A DNA stretch of 64,000 nt. It comes from Alphaproteobacteria bacterium (GTDB taxonomy: Bacteria > Pseudomonadota > Alphaproteobacteria > UBA828). The stretch is from positions 192,001 to 256,000 of the forward strand of contig CAXXVO010000009.1 in assembly GCA_963422645.2 (NCBI GenBank), given 5' to 3'. The translations under genes and the position numbers were made by a program. The notes beneath the pieces were generated by a model. It was not told where the DNA came from. It was given only the letters and a program-made list of their open reading frames with translations, and did not search any database. This document shows positions 61,594 through 64,000 of the stretch, in pieces (the stretch's first letter is position 1; each line of letters begins with the position of its first letter).

Positions 61594-62475
61594 ATGCGCC
61601 GCACCCTCGTCCCCGCAGGCGGCGGCATCGACAGCACCGCCCTCGCCCTCCTCGTCCTGCGCGAGACCGAAGACGAGGTCGTCCTCTCCTGCTACCGCGA
61701 GCCCGCCCGCGAACTCCCGGAGCGCATCGCCCGCGAGCAGGCCGCAAGCGAGGCCGTCGCAGACTGGCTCTCCCGCAACGTCCGGCCCGTGCGCCACGTC
61801 AGCCGCGACGCCCTGCGCGTGGAGACCGGCCCCCGCGCAAGATGGCCAATTCGGGACGGGAGAGGATGGGAGGGCGTCTGCGACCCCACATTCGGCCCCT
61901 GGGGCATCGACCGATACGCAACCCACGCCGACGAGGCCGAGCGCCACCGCGCCGACCGGGTGATGCCCGGCATCACCTCGTGGGACACCGCCGACGACAT
62001 GCACCGCATGTACTGGTATCCCGTCTACCGCGCGCGCACCGCCGTCCCCATGGAACTCCCCTTCTTCCCCGGCTGGGAGGACGGCGCGCAGTGGCCGCCG
62101 TCGCGGGACGACCCCTTCGGACCCGTCGCCGGGCGCTTCATGCTCCAGGCCCTGCTCCCGCCCGGGCTGGAGGCGCTCACCTGGCGATGCACCGTCGCGG
62201 CAGAGCCCTGCGGACGCTGCCCCCGATGCCGCCTCAACGCCTTCTTCGAGCGCTTCTGCCGGGGACGCCCGGCGGACGGGATCGCCCGCATCGACGACGC
62301 CCTCGAACGACACCGCGGCGCAGGCCGATGGTACGCCGACGCCGACCCCGGAAGATGGACCGGTCACGACGGATACGACGCCGCAGAACGCGCCGTCGAA
62401 GACCCCGAATGGTGGAAGGCCGAACTCGAACGCCCGTGCCGCCCCGGCGCCCGCCCCGGTCCCGACCGCGCCTGA
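61594..62475 (+). CDS. QueC-like PP-loop ATPase
   Basis: LVPAGGGIDS (SGGxDS-like), LTWRC-x6-CGRCPRC zinc motif. Confidence 0.75.
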   Translation: MRRTLVPAGGGIDSTALALLVLRETEDEVVLSCYREPARELPERIAREQAASEAVADWLSRNVRPVRHVSRDALRVETGPRARWPIRDGRGWEGVCDPTFGPWGIDRYATHADEAERHRADRVMPGITSWDTADDMHRMYWYPVYRARTAVPMELPFFPGWEDGAQWPPSRDDPFGPVAGRFMLQALLPPGLEALTWRCTVAAEPCGRCPRCRLNAFFERFCRGRPADGIARIDDALERHRGAGRWYADADPGRWTGHDGYDAAERAVEDPEWWKAELERPCRPGARPGPDRA

Positions 62476-62597
62476 AACCCTCACGCACCGCCCGTGCACG
62501 GGCCCTGAACCCCCCGCGCAGCGCTCCTTCACGGCCCATGCACAGGCCGGTTTTTCCAGCCCGATTCAGCCCCGAAAACCAGACGATTTTCCAGGCC

Positions 62598-62647
62598 ATT
62601 CGCAAAGACTTCCGGCCGCGATTCGCAAAGACTTTCGGCCGGCTACA
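62598..62647. mobile_element. Mu-like element end
   Basis: Two 20-bp repeats ATTCGCAAAGACTT(C/T)CGGCC then GGCTACA; junction cuts a Mo-enzyme gene. Confidence 0.75.
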
Positions 62648-64000
62648 GCCGCCCTTCACACCGTACTCGGTGAAGGGGGACGGCGTCTCGACATGGCCGA
62701 CGACGATTTCGACCGGCGACTCCTTGATGGTCGGGATTAAGTAGTCGGTCCAGAGCGCGGTCGTAAGTTGGCCCGCCTCGTCGTAACTGAATTCCTCGAA
62801 GAGCGCCGTGCCGATGCCGTTCACCGTGCCGCCCCGGATGTGCCCCTCCAGCGTCATCGGGTTCACCATCGTGCCGCAGTCGTGCACGGCGGCGTAGTGG
62901 AGGAAGTGCACCTGCCCGGTCTCGATATCCACCTCGACCACCGGGATGTGACAGCTGTGGCCCATGATCGGGTAGAAGATCCCCATGTGACGCTCCTCGG
63001 GGTCCGGGAGCGTCGTCACCGGATGGTCGTAGACATAGGTCGCGTCGAGCCCGCTGGTGAGGTCGAGGTCCTCGGGCATGCTGAGCCGGTAGTAGTGCGC
63101 CTTATCGGCGAGCTCGGCGATGCTCATCTTCATGTCGGGCACGCCCTTGACCTGCACCGCGCCGTCCTGAAGCGTGAGATCGCGGACATCGGCCTCCATC
63201 AGATGGGCAGCGATGCGAAGCAGCTTCTCGCGAATCTTGCCGGCCGCGCCGACGATGGCGCCGGTCACCATGACCGTGAAGCGGCTGCCGCCCGGCCCGG
63301 TCGAGTTGAGGCCCTGGTCGGTATCCGAATAGGTGATCTCGATATCCGAGGGGTCGATGGTGAGCTGCTCGGCCAGCACCTGGGCCGCCACCGTCTCCGG
63401 GCTGTTGCCCCAGAAGGGCGAGTGCAGGGTGACGAAGGCCTTGCCGGTGGGGTCGATCTTGACCGAGACCCCGTCCGGGGAGCTGGTCCACTCGACACCG
63501 GGCTCCAGGTTCCACATCCAGAACTCGGTGGCGCTGAAGACGCTTCGCTCCTGACAGGAGGCGACGCCGATGCCGATGTAGCGGCCCTCCTTGCGCGCTT
63601 CGGCCTGCTTCGCCCGCCAGCCGTCCAAGTCGGCCAACTTCAGCGTCTCTTCGAGAACGGCCTGATAGTTGCCGCTGTCGTACATGTTCCCAGTCGGGAT
63701 CAGGTAGGGGAACTGGTCCGGCTGGATGAAGTTCTGACGCCTGAGCACGATCCGGTCGACACCGAGCTCGTCGGCCGCTGCATCCACGAGCCTCTCGATG
63801 ACGAAGTTCGCGACCTCGGAGCCGAAGCCGCGATAGGCGCCCTGCTGGCACTTGTTGGTCAGCACCGCGGCGAGATCGACCTCGACGCTGTTGATGCGGT
63901 AGGGGCCTACGCATTGCGAGAGCGCGTTGCCGTGCTGGCCGACACCGAACTGCAGGTATGCGCCGTAATCGTCGATGATCCGGGTCTTGAGGCTGAGCAG
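62648..64000 (-). pseudogene. Xanthine dehydrogenase/CoxL-family molybdoenzyme large subunit, 3' end interrupted
   Basis: AYRGFG, DCGT.VNP, YGVKGG| breaks before the expected GE.G motif; 5' part outside window. Confidence 0.88.

Noticed and set aside
61594-62475. Canonical queC
   Set aside because: PP-loop altered (AGGGIDS), YGQ and VP.RN motifs absent, no que genes nearby

Overview
GC-rich, probably alphaproteobacterial chromosome segment: catabolic and housekeeping genes plus one tRNA-Arg(CCG), heavily overprinted by mobile DNA. Mobile content: an IS21 inserted in a Mu-type transposase relic, an IS110, an IS1595 remnant with low-GC cargo, a CTAG-ended MITE family, a four-ORF DDE/AAA element with 14-bp TIRs, an unclassified 2.5-kb IS, and Mu-like fragments (gp27, a tail-fibre piece, two similar TGTAGCC ends). 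Four main observations. (1) Four IS66-family copies (two isoforms) carry a Dam-like N6-adenine methyltransferase translationally coupled to TnpC where tnpA/tnpB normally sit. (2) Swapped 8-bp target duplications indicate that 19245-55641 (~36 kb) was inverted between two of these copies. (3) A RutR-family-linked operon places a family-1 uracil-DNA-glycosylase-like gene ahead of a GMC oxidoreductase, NIPSNAP and a BMP nucleoside ABC transporter, which suggests a pyrimidine-scavenging role; a barbiturase-like gene lies ~11 kb further on. (4) A QueC-like gene is the last gene of a Mu-like element end, the position of mom in Mu. All family calls come from motif recognition by eye; no searches were run.
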